Positions 16,694 to 26,722 of a DNA stretch of 32,000 nucleotides are shown one piece after another (position 1 is the stretch's first letter; each line of letters starts with the position of its first letter). This stretch comes from Alkanindiges illinoisensis DSM 15370. GTDB lineage: Bacteria > Pseudomonadota > Gammaproteobacteria > Pseudomonadales > Moraxellaceae. The DNA lies in NCBI RefSeq assembly GCF_000619845.1, contig NZ_JHUX01000008.1, forward strand, positions 144,566 through 176,565, in the 5' to 3' direction. A program made the position numbers and the translations under genes. Below the pieces are notes generated by a model. The model made no database searches. It saw only the letters and a list, made by a program, of their open reading frames with translations, and was not told where the DNA came from.

Positions 16694-17398
16694 CTATTTA
16701 AAGTCGCTGGGTTTTGGGTCAATGGCAGAATCAATTTCCTGCAAGCCGTCGTCGTCATCCCCATCAAGATCCAGAATCAGGGTGTTACGCTGTGGATCAC
16801 GCCGGAAAATACCCGGCAAATTCAGGTTGGCTTTCAATACAAACTGCCCTTCGCGCAAAATGGCATGATTGACATGAATCTTGTTTAAGGTACGAATCAC
16901 CTTATCCGATTTTTCCAGATATTTGTTCAAGCCTAAGTATAGCAAATCATGCTTGATTTCAATCACATCCAGCTTTTCCAGAATCAGGCCTAACGGGTCT
17001 TTATGCAAAATGCGCTGGAAAACATAGACTGCAATGTTAAAGGCAATTTTCTTGAATGCACTGCTAAAACTGGCGCTAATTACCTGCGTTTCACTGATTT
17101 GCTCAAACACCAACTGCTGAATGTCCTTGTCTAGCTGCATTTGTACCAGACGCAAATCAACTGAAAGCGTGGTGTAAATGCCTTTGTAATCCAGTGTGGC
17201 ATATAGGCGGCACCAGTCATCATAAATGTCGGCATGCAGGTCTTTGAGCGCTTCTACATTATCAGTAACATACTTTTGAATAGTGGCATTGAGCAGGTTT
17301 TGCGACAGGGGTAATTCACGTTCTTCTTCAATTAAATCTTCTGCCTTGTGATAAAAGCCTCTAATGTTTTGTGCAATTTTCTTGAAAACGCGTTGCAT
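16694..17398 (-). CDS. hypothetical protein (234 aa) with an acidic C-terminal tail
   Basis: Clean ORF with an ATG start. I recognised no motif. The tail is DLDGDDDDGLQEIDSAIDPKPSDFK. GC content looks lower than in the neighbouring genes. Confidence 0.55.
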   Translation of the reverse strand: MQRVFKKIAQNIRGFYHKAEDLIEEERELPLSQNLLNATIQKYVTDNVEALKDLHADIYDDWCRLYATLDYKGIYTTLSVDLRLVQMQLDKDIQQLVFEQISETQVISASFSSAFKKIAFNIAVYVFQRILHKDPLGLILEKLDVIEIKHDLLYLGLNKYLEKSDKVIRTLNKIHVNHAILREGQFVLKANLNLPGIFRRDPQRNTLILDLDGDDDDGLQEIDSAIDPKPSDFK

Positions 17399-17666
17399 AT
17401 CCTAGTTTCTCATTGGCTTGATCACATTGATTGCACAGCATGGTTTGTCTACAATGCTGGCTCACTGCGTGCAGATATAAATCCTTGAATGTATCCAAAT
17501 TATCACAGTTACTGCTTTATTTTACATGTGATGGTTATAAAAATGAAACCGCAACAGGCACTCTGGGCTTTATTTGAACAATTCAGGGCGCATAGACTAC
17601 ATTGAGGCAACGTCTATGACGCAGGCAATCACGCCTTAACAGGGAAGTAACAGGACTTTTAGCAGC

Positions 17667-18557
17667 ATGACAAAACAGGATATAGCGCGCCATATTGGCC
17701 CGGCAAGTTTTGCCCAGGATCGCCTGTTGCAGGGTGCAGTGGTGGTAGCCTGCCTGTTTCATGTGGCACTGCTGGCCACTACCTTTGTTGCCCCCAATCC
17801 ACCCAAGGCCGCAATGCAGGACATTGCCATTGCAGTGCATTTAAGTCCACAAAAAGTCACTGATGCTGATTTCATTGCACAGTCTGACCAGCAGGGTGCA
17901 GGCGTGTTGCGCAATATCCATCGCATGACCAGTCCGGATCAGCAGGCTGCATCTGTTGACCAGCAGGAAGTGGCTGAACAACTGGCATTGCAAACCGAAA
18001 AACAAAGTCAGGCACGTGCAGCATCAGAACAGGTGCTGGTCACGACCTTAAGCTGGCAAAAACAGGCCCGTAATCTTGAGCGCGAGCAGGAAGCGCAAAC
18101 CCGCGTGTCCAGTAGCCCGGACATAGCGCAACTGGCCATGATTGCCTCGCTGGAAGCACAATATGCCAAGCGTAAGCAGGAATATACCCACAAGACCAAT
18201 GTGCATACGGTTGATAGTGTGTCAGCGCGCGCTGATGATACAGCCCTCTATATGACCAGGTTTACCCAGAAGGTGGAGCAATTGGGCAACAAGCATTATC
18301 CAATGGAAGCACGCGCCCAGCATTTGCATGGTGAAGTGCAGCTGATGGTGATTTTAATGCCGAATGGTCATATTCGTGCCATTCGCCTATTGCAGGGTTC
18401 TGGTTATCACATTCTGGATGAGGCTGCCAAGGATTCGGTGCGTCAGGCTGCACCATTTGGCCCGTTTGAGAAAAAAATGAAGGATTATACCGAGCTACGA
18501 ATTATCAGAACTTGGCGCTTTTCTGAAAATATGGATGAGCTGCAAATTGACCAGTAA
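17667..18557 (+). CDS. TonB-family protein (N-terminal TM anchor, Gln/Ala-rich linker, TonB C-terminal domain)
   Basis: The TM segment is LLQGAVVVACLFHVALLATTFV. The C-terminal domain reads YPMEARAQHLHGEVQLMVILMPNGHIRAIRLLQGSGYHILDEAAKDSVRQAAPFGPF. There is no Pro-rich spacer and no adjacent exbBD. Confidence 0.75.
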   Translation: MTKQDIARHIGPASFAQDRLLQGAVVVACLFHVALLATTFVAPNPPKAAMQDIAIAVHLSPQKVTDADFIAQSDQQGAGVLRNIHRMTSPDQQAASVDQQEVAEQLALQTEKQSQARAASEQVLVTTLSWQKQARNLEREQEAQTRVSSSPDIAQLAMIASLEAQYAKRKQEYTHKTNVHTVDSVSARADDTALYMTRFTQKVEQLGNKHYPMEARAQHLHGEVQLMVILMPNGHIRAIRLLQGSGYHILDEAAKDSVRQAAPFGPFEKKMKDYTELRIIRTWRFSENMDELQIDQ

Positions 18558-18618
18558 TTGACGGGTAAAACAATAAAAGCTTTAAACCTGAAATTAAATA
18601 AAAATGAGTTTAGGGCTG

Positions 18619-19107
18619 TTATTCCATTTCATAGGGATTGCCAAAACCCAGTTGTTGTAATACCTGAATTTCCAACGCTTCCATTTCCACAGCTTCTTGT
18701 GCACCCAGTTCATGGTCATAGCCCATCAGGTGCAAAGTGCCATGCACCACCATATGGGCAAAATGCGCTTCAGGCGTTTTGTGCTGTTCAGCCGCTTCTT
18801 TGAGTACCACTGGAATACAAATGACCAGATCACCGAGTGGCACTTGATCCAGCATTGGCAGGATCTCTTCTGGCAATTCACTAGGAAAGGACAATACATT
18901 GGTGGGTTTGTCTTTATGGCGATAATGCAGGTTTAGTGACTGGCTCTCAGAATTGTCCACCAGACGAATGCTAATGTCACAGGCCTGCTCAAAATGAATC
19001 GCAGTTAGGGTTTGTGCCACATATTTAATCACTGCTGCCCGCTTGACCAGCAGGTCAGGCGAACGATAGGCATTTTGCAGGCCAAGTTTGATTAAGCGCT
19101 GATTCAC
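18619..19107 (-). CDS. ybeY: endoribonuclease YbeY (rRNA maturation factor)
   Basis: Zinc-binding motif [11 protein letters not shown]. The start is GTG, with AAGAGA 5 nt upstream. Confidence 0.93.
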   Translation of the reverse strand: MNQRLIKLGLQNAYRSPDLLVKRAAVIKYVAQTLTAIHFEQACDISIRLVDNSESQSLNLHYRHKDKPTNVLSFPSELPEEILPMLDQVPLGDLVICIPVVLKEAAEQHKTPEAHFAHMVVHGTLHLMGYDHELGAQEAVEMEALEIQVLQQLGFGNPYEME

Positions 19108-19164
19108 CGATATCTCTTAAGCATGGTTTGAAAAATAATAGTTGTTAAATGTGATTTTCAATTG

Positions 19165-19198
19165 TGCAGGGCAGTGAGCTAAAAGACACTGCCCTGCA
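19165..19198. repeat. perfect 12-bp inverted repeat in the phoH-ybeY spacer
   Basis: TGCAGGGCAGTG (19165-19176) pairs with CACTGCCCTGCA (19187-19198) around a 10-nt loop. Confidence 0.9.
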
Positions 19199-19281
19199 AG
19201 AATCGTCGCTGGTCAGCGCCTAATTCAAACGGAGCTTTTCATCTTGCGTTCAGACGGTGATTATTAATCACCGTTTATTCC

Positions 19282-20349
19282 TCACTCATGCTGGGAATCA
19301 GCCGCCAGATCATTGGTTAAAATGGCTTCCTGCTGACGAGCCTGTCTGGCACGTTTTGCTTCTATTGAAAGCTTTTGTTGCTGATCATCAAAGCCTTCAT
19401 AGGCTTCAACAATTTTTTGCACCAGCTGATGACGTACCACATCACGTGAGTGAAAACGGGTAATGTGAATTTCATCAATGCCTTCCAGCACTTTCAGGGC
19501 ATGCGCCAGACCAGATTGCTGGCCACGCGGCAAATCTACCTGCGTGATATCACCAGTGATGACTGCACGCGAACCAAAGCCCAGACGGGTCAGGAACATT
19601 TTCATTTGTTCCGGTGTGGTGTTTTGCGCTTCATCCAGAATCACAAACGAGTGATTTAAGGTGCGACCACGCATATAGGCTAGCGGTGCAACTTCAATCA
19701 CCTGACGCTCAATCAGCTTGGCGACTTTCTCAAAACCCAGCATTTCATACAGGGCGTCATACAAGGGACGCAAGTAAGGATCAATTTTCTGGGTCAGGTC
19801 ACCGGGCAGGAAACCCAGCTTTTCACCAGCTTCCACCGCAGGACGCACCAGCAGAATACGCTGGATTTCGTTGCGTTCCAGCATGTCCACGGCAGCCGCA
19901 ACAGCCAGATAGGTTTTACCCGTACCTGCCGGGCCAATCCCAAAGGAAATATCACTTTGCAGGATGCGTTGTACATAGCGGCGCTGGTTGGCCCCACGCG
20001 GCATGATCTTGCCTTTGCGGGTTTGCAGATAAACCTGAAATGAGGCTTCTTCATCCGGCTCAATGTCACGCTCGGTCTGGCTGCCCTGAATCAACAGGTG
20101 CAACTGGTCGGGACTAATGGCACGGTTTTCTGCCGATTCTTCATAAAGGCGTTGCAGCAGTACTTCAGCACGTTCTACGGCTTCAAGCTCACCATCAACA
20201 ATAAACAAATCACCACGCTGGGCAATTTTCACATCAAGACGTTGTTCAATCAGCTTCAGGTGAGCATTATAGGCACCCAGCATGGATTTTAAGCGTTCCA
20301 GCGTCACGCCGGAAAATTCAACAGTACGACGAATAGATGCTGTCAACAT
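19282..20349 (-). CDS. ybeZ: PhoH-like ATPase (YbeZ)
   Basis: Walker A motif GPAGTGKTYLAVA, a DEAQN block, and the conserved position between miaB and ybeY. Confidence 0.93.
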   Translation of the reverse strand: MLTASIRRTVEFSGVTLERLKSMLGAYNAHLKLIEQRLDVKIAQRGDLFIVDGELEAVERAEVLLQRLYEESAENRAISPDQLHLLIQGSQTERDIEPDEEASFQVYLQTRKGKIMPRGANQRRYVQRILQSDISFGIGPAGTGKTYLAVAAAVDMLERNEIQRILLVRPAVEAGEKLGFLPGDLTQKIDPYLRPLYDALYEMLGFEKVAKLIERQVIEVAPLAYMRGRTLNHSFVILDEAQNTTPEQMKMFLTRLGFGSRAVITGDITQVDLPRGQQSGLAHALKVLEGIDEIHITRFHSRDVVRHQLVQKIVEAYEGFDDQQQKLSIEAKRARQARQQEAILTNDLAADSQHE

Positions 20350-20427
20350 AATTCCTTTTTAGAGAAGTAAGCCACTTGAGCTTACGATAGCCTGCTTTCA
20401 AAGGTCAAGCAGTTCACGAGTCACGCA

Positions 20428-21879
20428 TTAGCTGCTCAGTGCTTCGAGATTCAACAGCTCACCTTCCACCAGATTCATGCTTCTGATCTGGGTGATTTTG
20501 ATTTCGGCAAAGCGGCCAATCCAGCGACTGTCACCCACAAACTGAACCAGGCGGGTATTGTCAGCGCTGCCAATCAGCATATCATGGTGGCGATCTGAGG
20601 GTTTTTCAATCAGCACACGCACGGTTTGCCCCAGCATGGCATTGGTTTTGTCAATGCTGGAGCGTTTGATCACATCTTTAACCTGTGACAGGCGTACTTT
20701 TTTGACATCTTCAGGTGTGTCATCCGGCAGTTCAGACGCCGGTGTTCCTGGCCGTTTGGAGTAAATAAAGCTATAGGAATGGTCGAAATCCAGGTCCTTG
20801 ATAAATTGCAAGGTTTCTGCAAATTCAGTATCGCCTTCACCCGGAAAGCCAATAATAAAATCACTGGACAAGTGCATGTCCGGGCGAACCTGACGCAGGC
20901 GTGCAATCTTGTCGATATACACATCAATGGTATGGTTGCGCTTCATGGCAGCCAGCACTGCATTGGAGCCACTTTGAACCGGCAAATGCAGGTGTGACAC
21001 CAGTTGTGGCAGGTCAGCATAGGCAGCAATCAGGTCATCAGAAAATTCCAGCGGATGACTGGTGGTGTAGCGGATACGGCCAATTCCCGGAATCTCACTG
21101 ACCAGACGCAACAACTGGGCAAAGTTGCAAATGTCGCCATCAAAGGTTTCCCCGCGATAGCCATTGACGTTCTGACCCAGCAAAGTCACTTCACGCACGC
21201 CCTGTTCCGTTAGACTTACAATTTCGGCCAGCACATCATCCAGCGGGCGGGAAACTTCCTCACCACGGGTGTACGGCACCACACAAAACGAGCAGTACTT
21301 GGAGCAACCTTCCATGATGGACACAAAAGCCTTGTAGCCCTCTACTTTTGGCTCGGGCAGGAAGTCAAACTTTTCAATATCCGGGAAGGAAATATCAATC
21401 AGGCTAATTTTCTGGCTTTTGGGTGCAGCCTTGTTTTCCTGATGCTGATCCAGCAGTTGCGGCAAGCGATGCAGGGTTTGTGGGCCAAATACCATATCTA
21501 CATAGCTGGCCCGTTTCTGGATCACTTCACCTTCCTGCGAGGCCACGCAGCCGCCTACACCAATAATGACATTCGGATTGGCTTCCTTGAACTTGCGCCA
21601 GCGGCCCAGCTCACTAAATACTTTTTCCTGTGCTTTTTCCCGGATGGAGCAGGTATTCATCAGCAGGACATCGGCTTCACCGGGATCACTGGTGAGTACA
21701 TACCCGTGTGAATCACCCAGCAAATCAGCCATGCGGCTACTGTCATACTCATTCATCTGACAGCCTTGTGTTTCAATATAAAGACGCTTAACAGGCACAT
21801 CAGTCCGGGCCAGATCAGGCTGGCTGCTGGCAATTTCTGTTGCACGGGATATTGAGGGGACAAAGGTTTGAACCGTCAT
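20428..21879 (-). CDS. miaB: tRNA-2-methylthio-N6-dimethylallyladenosine synthase
   Basis: UPF0004 N-terminal domain ([14 protein letters not shown]), a radical-SAM [15 protein letters not shown] motif and a TRAM domain. AAGGAG lies upstream of the ATG. Confidence 0.96.
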   Translation of the reverse strand: MTVQTFVPSISRATEIASSQPDLARTDVPVKRLYIETQGCQMNEYDSSRMADLLGDSHGYVLTSDPGEADVLLMNTCSIREKAQEKVFSELGRWRKFKEANPNVIIGVGGCVASQEGEVIQKRASYVDMVFGPQTLHRLPQLLDQHQENKAAPKSQKISLIDISFPDIEKFDFLPEPKVEGYKAFVSIMEGCSKYCSFCVVPYTRGEEVSRPLDDVLAEIVSLTEQGVREVTLLGQNVNGYRGETFDGDICNFAQLLRLVSEIPGIGRIRYTTSHPLEFSDDLIAAYADLPQLVSHLHLPVQSGSNAVLAAMKRNHTIDVYIDKIARLRQVRPDMHLSSDFIIGFPGEGDTEFAETLQFIKDLDFDHSYSFIYSKRPGTPASELPDDTPEDVKKVRLSQVKDVIKRSSIDKTNAMLGQTVRVLIEKPSDRHHDMLIGSADNTRLVQFVGDSRWIGRFAEIKITQIRSMNLVEGELLNLEALSS

Positions 21880-22197
21880 GAATGCTCCTTGGGTTCACAG
21901 TTGCAGGGCCAGAACAGGCCATGTACGGTGAACAGGCGTATCAAGCTATAAAACGCGCAATTCTAGCATTTTGCCAATCAAATAACATGGGTTTGTCGGA
22001 TAGAAATTCAGTGTTTACAAAAAGGATAGCCCGTTGCTTAAAATGCTGTAGAGGGATGAAATGTTAAGAACGCCTGATTTATTAGCCAGCACGTTACACA
22101 AGCTCACTGTTGTCAGAGGTTCACGCCTTTTAGAATTAACCTGGCACAATTGTTGGGCAGCAGCACATAACTTATCGCATAAATTAAGGTTGAAACT

Positions 22198-24210
22198 ATG
22201 GCAGAATTGATAAGTCCTGATTTTCCAGAGGTTTATGTGTCTACAGTGAAAAAAAAACTAAAAAGCAAAGCAACATGGATGGTGAAAGCCGGACTTTGTG
22301 CAATTAGTCTGGGCATTGTGCAGGCACAGGCAGCTGACAGTGATTTTAATCAGGCATTAATTGCTGCCAATAATGACAATATCAGCATGCTGGACAATTA
22401 TCAGGCTTCCATGCAGGACAGCGTGCTGGGCTATTATCCCGAATACTGGAAGCTTAGCAGTGACTTGGTGACCCAGAGTCCGCAGGCTATTTTATCCTTT
22501 GTAACGCGCTATCCGAATTCTGCCATGGCAGAAAAACTGGCCGCCGACTACATTGAAGCCAAGGTGCAGGCAGGGGACTTTGCCAGTGCGCGGCCTTTAT
22601 TGTCCTATGTCACTAATGCCGATGAAGCGGAAAGCTGCGCCATTGGGCAGGTACAGGCTATGGCTGGTGACCCGCTGGTATTTTCAGAATTTAACCGGGT
22701 ATGGCTTAGAACCAACAAGCAGCCAGAATCCTGTACCGGGCTGGCACGCCTGATGGTGAATAGCCCTTTAAAGAGTGCGCAGGACCGTCAGCAGCGTCTA
22801 TGGACCATGCTGCGGGCAGGTGAGCTGGGCAGTGCGGTACAGGTGGGGCAGGGTCTAGGCATTGGGCTGGATTTTGCCGAACTGAATTATATTGCAACCA
22901 ATGCCTTTAATTATTTGCAAAATGCGCCGCTAGCCAGTAGCGCTGATCAGGCCAAATTCTTGTTTGCTATTGCGCGGCTGGCCGACAGCTCGGTCGATAT
23001 GGCGGCAGGCCAGATTAATCAATATCGTTCGCGCCTGCCACAGGATGTCATGCGATATGCTTACCGGATTGTGGCCTATAAAGCTGCTAATTCAGTGATG
23101 CAAAACGGCTTTAATGCCCAGTCAGTAGGCTGGTTTGACCAAAGCTATGGTTATCCGTTTAGTGATGAAGAAGCCGAAAGCTATGGCAGGCAAGCCATCC
23201 GCTTTGGCCAGTGGAATGCTGTACTGCGCGCTGTGGATAGTATGAGCCTGCCCTTGCAGCAGGAGCGCATGTGGCAATACTGGTTTGCACGTGCCAGCGA
23301 ACAACGCGGCGGTGATCCGGGTACTCAGGCACAGGGCAAAGCTGCAGCCCGGGCGTTTTATACCAATCTGGCGCTGGAAGATGACTATTATGGCTTGCTG
23401 GCCCGGGATCGTCTGGGTCAATCATTGACAAAATTGGGCACATCCTACAGTCCTACCACACAGGACTTTCAGCGTCTGGATGGCGATGTGCATTTCCAGC
23501 GCGCCTTTGCGCTCTATAATATCAACGCCTCAGCCAGTTATAGCAACCGTGAATGGAACTGGGCCGTAAGACAGGCCTATCTAAAACATGATGATGGCAT
23601 GATTCTGGCAGCAGCTAGTCGTGCCAATAGCATGGGCTGGTATGACCGGGCCATTTATGCGGCGGAGCGAACCACCAAACTGCACAATTATGACCTGCAG
23701 TTTCTGACGCCTTTTCGCGATCAGGTGATTCAGCACAGCAGTAATGTCGGTATTGATCCGGCCTGGGTCTATGGCCTGATCCGACAGGAAAGCCGTTTTG
23801 TGCTGGCGGCACGTTCGCATGTGGGTGCGGGTGGTTTGATGCAGATTATGCCGGATACGGCAAAATGGGTAGCCCGGCAACTGGGTGAAAGTTATAGCAG
23901 TGCCGCGCTATCCAATATGCAAACCAACATCCGTTATGGCACGTTTTACCTGAGTCATATTCATGGGGAGTTAAGCAACCAGCCTGTACTGGCGACAGCA
24001 GGCTACAATGCCGGGCCAAACCGGGCTAGACGCTGGCAGCCTACTGATATGCCGCTAGAGGCAGACCAGTACACGGAAAGCATTCCGCTGCTGGAAACCC
24101 GGGATTACGTCAAGAATGTCATGACTAATGCTACCTATTACGGGTTGATCTTTGGCAGAAACAACCAAACCATTGCACAGCGTATGGGAAAAATACCTGT
24201 TCAATACTGA
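22198..24210 (+). CDS. slt: soluble lytic murein transglycosylase (Slt70-like)
   Basis: A superhelical N-terminal region is followed by the catalytic motifs GLIRQESRF, GLMQIMPDTA and AGYNAGPNRA. The signal peptide ends at VQAQA. A GTG at 22237 with an upstream GAGG is a plausible alternative start. Confidence 0.9.
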   Translation: MAELISPDFPEVYVSTVKKKLKSKATWMVKAGLCAISLGIVQAQAADSDFNQALIAANNDNISMLDNYQASMQDSVLGYYPEYWKLSSDLVTQSPQAILSFVTRYPNSAMAEKLAADYIEAKVQAGDFASARPLLSYVTNADEAESCAIGQVQAMAGDPLVFSEFNRVWLRTNKQPESCTGLARLMVNSPLKSAQDRQQRLWTMLRAGELGSAVQVGQGLGIGLDFAELNYIATNAFNYLQNAPLASSADQAKFLFAIARLADSSVDMAAGQINQYRSRLPQDVMRYAYRIVAYKAANSVMQNGFNAQSVGWFDQSYGYPFSDEEAESYGRQAIRFGQWNAVLRAVDSMSLPLQQERMWQYWFARASEQRGGDPGTQAQGKAAARAFYTNLALEDDYYGLLARDRLGQSLTKLGTSYSPTTQDFQRLDGDVHFQRAFALYNINASASYSNREWNWAVRQAYLKHDDGMILAAASRANSMGWYDRAIYAAERTTKLHNYDLQFLTPFRDQVIQHSSNVGIDPAWVYGLIRQESRFVLAARSHVGAGGLMQIMPDTAKWVARQLGESYSSAALSNMQTNIRYGTFYLSHIHGELSNQPVLATAGYNAGPNRARRWQPTDMPLEADQYTESIPLLETRDYVKNVMTNATYYGLIFGRNNQTIAQRMGKIPVQY

Positions 24211-24429
24211 ATTCGCAATTACATAAGGAAGATGGCATGACAGGGAACGCCGTATCCAGGCAGAAAATCACAGCAGGCAGACCAGCGTTAGTGGGCCAGT
24301 GTGAAGCAGCGATGTTCACGTTTGTTCAACACGATGGTGCTGTCAAAAGGCGAAAGCTGGTTTAACATAGCGATCCAAATTTTATGCGTTCAGGCTTTTT
24401 AACCTTTTTCTGGCGGGTGATTTAACCAA

Positions 24430-25089
24430 ATGAAGTTACGGCATACACTGCTGGGTACAGTATCTGCTTTTTGTGTCTTGTCACTTACACAACAGGTGAT
24501 GGGTGCAGAGAACGTACGTCCGCAGCGTTTTACGCTGGTAATTCATATGTCACCGGCAATGTGTGCACTAGATCCCAGCAAGCGCCAATTGCGCCAGTGT
24601 CAGGAAGGGTTTTCATTAACTATTGCTTCACTTAAGCCTGAAGTACCTGCCAGTGACGCGGATGAGTGTGCCAGCCGTACCCCGGCAGCGCTTAATCCCT
24701 TGCAGGCGCGTGTGGTTGAACGGGTCATGCCGGATGAGCGCCTGCGGCAGGAAGACTGGCAGCGTAATGGGGGCTGTACTGGCATGAGCCCCAGCACCTA
24801 TTTTAGAACCATTGCCAACTACGCCGGACGCCTGCGGGTTCCTCCTGAATTCAATGCGTCCAAAGAAATCACCATGCAGCGCAGTAGCCTGATCCGTCAG
24901 CTACAAATGCTCAACTCCACCTTGCCAGCCGATGGTATTCAGTTGCGTTGTGTCCAGACGGCACGTTTTAACGCCCCCGTCCTGACCGAAATGCGGGTTT
25001 GCTACAACAGTCAGGGCCAGTATGTCTCATGCCCGGCTACGATTCGCTCCAACTGTCCAGCCACCTTTATCGTGCAGGGTGCGCCTTAA
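24430..25089 (+). CDS. secreted RNase T2/RNase I-like protein with both catalytic histidine positions substituted
   Basis: It has a signal peptide. The blocks line up with the E. coli RNase I/T2 landmarks as follows. FTLVIHMSPAMC aligns with the N-terminal (F/Y)xLxxxWxxxxC block. FSLTIASLKP aligns with CAS I, F(L/T)xHGLWP. EDWQRNGGC aligns with CAS II, (H/Y)E(W/Y)xKHGxC. IQLRC...LTEMRVCY and SNCPATFIV align with the C-terminal Cys blocks. Confidence 0.6.
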   Translation: MKLRHTLLGTVSAFCVLSLTQQVMGAENVRPQRFTLVIHMSPAMCALDPSKRQLRQCQEGFSLTIASLKPEVPASDADECASRTPAALNPLQARVVERVMPDERLRQEDWQRNGGCTGMSPSTYFRTIANYAGRLRVPPEFNASKEITMQRSSLIRQLQMLNSTLPADGIQLRCVQTARFNAPVLTEMRVCYNSQGQYVSCPATIRSNCPATFIVQGAP

Positions 25090-25118
25090 GTCCTGACTTT
25101 ATCTCAGGTCTTTTTTTT
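25090..25118 (+). terminator. probable rho-independent terminator
   Basis: A short stem (CCTGA / TCAGG) is followed by a T8 run. Confidence 0.55.
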
Positions 25119-25289
25119 GCGGTTTTTCATCAAAAATCCTGCGACTTTTGTAGATTTGCCTGCCCCTATACTCGCACCCGTCGCGTTAATCAAGTACAAT
25201 CTTGGCGCCGAGATGAAGAGCCGCTGATATCCACTATCGCTGCGTCTTGATCTACCAGACATTCCTTGTCCCATAATTGGAGAAACTAC

Positions 25290-26276
25290 ATGAAGCAACC
25301 TGTTCGTGTTGCCGTCACTGGCGCTGCTGGTCAAATTGGTTATAGTTTGTTGTTCCGTATTGCCAGCGGGGAAATGCTGGGCAAGGATCAACCTGTTATT
25401 CTGCAAATGCTGGAAGTTCCATTTGAAAAAGCCCAGCAAGCGCTAAAAGGCGTGATGATGGAGCTGGAAGATTGTGCATTCCCATTACTGGCAGGCATGA
25501 TTGGCACTGATGATCCAAAAGTTGCATTTAAAGATGCTGACTATGCATTGCTGGTCGGTTCACGTCCACGTGGTCCTGGCATGGAGCGTGCTGAGCTGCT
25601 GGCTGTAAACGGTGAAATCTTCATTGCACAAGGTAAAGCCCTGAATGAAGTGGCTAGCCGTAATGTTAAAGTGCTGGTTGTAGGTAACCCTGCAAACACC
25701 AATGCCTACATTGCCATGAAGTCTGCGCCTGATCTGCCAGCCAAGAACTTCACTGCCATGCTGCGTCTGGATCACAACCGCGCTCTAAGCCAGCTTGCTG
25801 CCAAGACTGGCAAAGCGGTAGCTGACATTGAGAAAATGGCAGTATGGGGCAACCACTCTCCAACCATGTATGCGGATTACCGTTTTGCCACCATCAATGG
25901 CGAAAGCGTAAAAGACATGATCAACGATCAGGAATGGAATGCTAACGTATTCCTGCCAACTGTTGGCAAACGTGGTGCTGCCATTATTGAAGCGCGTGGC
26001 CTGTCTTCTGCTGCTTCTGCTGCCAATGCTGCCATTGATCACATGCGTGACTGGGCACTGGGCACCAATGGCAAATGGGTAACCATGGGTATTCCATCTG
26101 ACGGTTCTTATGGTATTCCTAAAGATGTAATGTACGGCGTGCCAGTAACCTGTGAAAACGGTGAATACACTCGTGTAGAAGGTCTGCCGATTGACGAATT
26201 CAGCCGTGAAAAGATGGATGCCACACTGGCCGAGCTGGAAGGCGAGCGTGCTGCAGTTGCTGACCTGTTAAAATAA
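25290..26276 (+). CDS. mdh: malate dehydrogenase (LDH-like 328-aa type)
   Basis: ATG 25290 is preceded by GGAG at 7-nt spacing. The N-terminus [31 protein letters not shown] is typical of this class. The track ORF begins at an upstream TTG. Confidence 0.96.
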   Translation: MKQPVRVAVTGAAGQIGYSLLFRIASGEMLGKDQPVILQMLEVPFEKAQQALKGVMMELEDCAFPLLAGMIGTDDPKVAFKDADYALLVGSRPRGPGMERAELLAVNGEIFIAQGKALNEVASRNVKVLVVGNPANTNAYIAMKSAPDLPAKNFTAMLRLDHNRALSQLAAKTGKAVADIEKMAVWGNHSPTMYADYRFATINGESVKDMINDQEWNANVFLPTVGKRGAAIIEARGLSSAASAANAAIDHMRDWALGTNGKWVTMGIPSDGSYGIPKDVMYGVPVTCENGEYTRVEGLPIDEFSREKMDATLAELEGERAAVADLLK

Positions 26277-26297
26277 CAGTCTGGCAATAGAAATACT

Positions 26298-26336
26298 AAA
26301 GCCTTGATTACTGTCACGTGATCAGGGCTTTTTTTG
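26298..26336 (+). terminator. rho-independent terminator after mdh
   Basis: AAGCCTTGAT pairs with ATCAGGGCTT (one G-U) and is followed by a T7 run. Confidence 0.8.
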
Positions 26337-26451
26337 TGTAACCCATCATTAAAAAATAAAAAACGCACAATAAACTACGTTTTGTTGCTTGTCATTCTAG
26401 CTGTCTGGTTTATAAATTTTATGATCATATTTAATAAATTAGGAGTTAATC

Positions 26452-26700
26452 ATGATTGTTGGGTCACCAAGTCTGGAAACTTTATTTGAGCAATTGGGGC
26501 TGGATTCTTCCGAGGAAGCTATTGAAACGTTTATCCATACCCATCAGTTGCCGGAAAATGTCAAACTGGGCGATGCGCCGTTCTGGACATCAGGCCAGTC
26601 ACAACTCCTGAAAGAAAAATGGCATGGCGATGATGAATGGGCACCGATTATTGACCAGCTTAATGCCGAACTGCATAGCGACTCCATGCCAAAATCATAA
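26452..26700 (+). CDS. DUF2789-family small protein
   Basis: AGGAG Shine-Dalgarno. The motifs LFEQLGLDSSEEAIETFI and APFWTSGQSQLL match my memory of DUF2789. Confidence 0.65.
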   Translation: MIVGSPSLETLFEQLGLDSSEEAIETFIHTHQLPENVKLGDAPFWTSGQSQLLKEKWHGDDEWAPIIDQLNAELHSDSMPKS

Positions 26701-26722
26701 TTTAAGACAGTAGCAATCATTT

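Noticed and set aside
19614-20006. 130-aa plus-strand ORF, plus a 91-aa alternative-frame minus-strand ORF, within phoH
   Set aside because: These are off-frame or antisense ORFs inside a clearly conserved PhoH-like ATPase gene.
24237-24365. 42-codon ORF (MTGNAVSRQKITAGRPALVGQCEAAMFTFVQHDGAVKRRKLV) with an AGGAAG-like Shine-Dalgarno, between slt and the RNase T2-like gene
   Set aside because: It is very short, rich in rare Arg codons (AGG, AGA, CGA) and has no motif. It cannot be supported from sequence alone and would only be worth revisiting if ribosome profiling shows occupancy.
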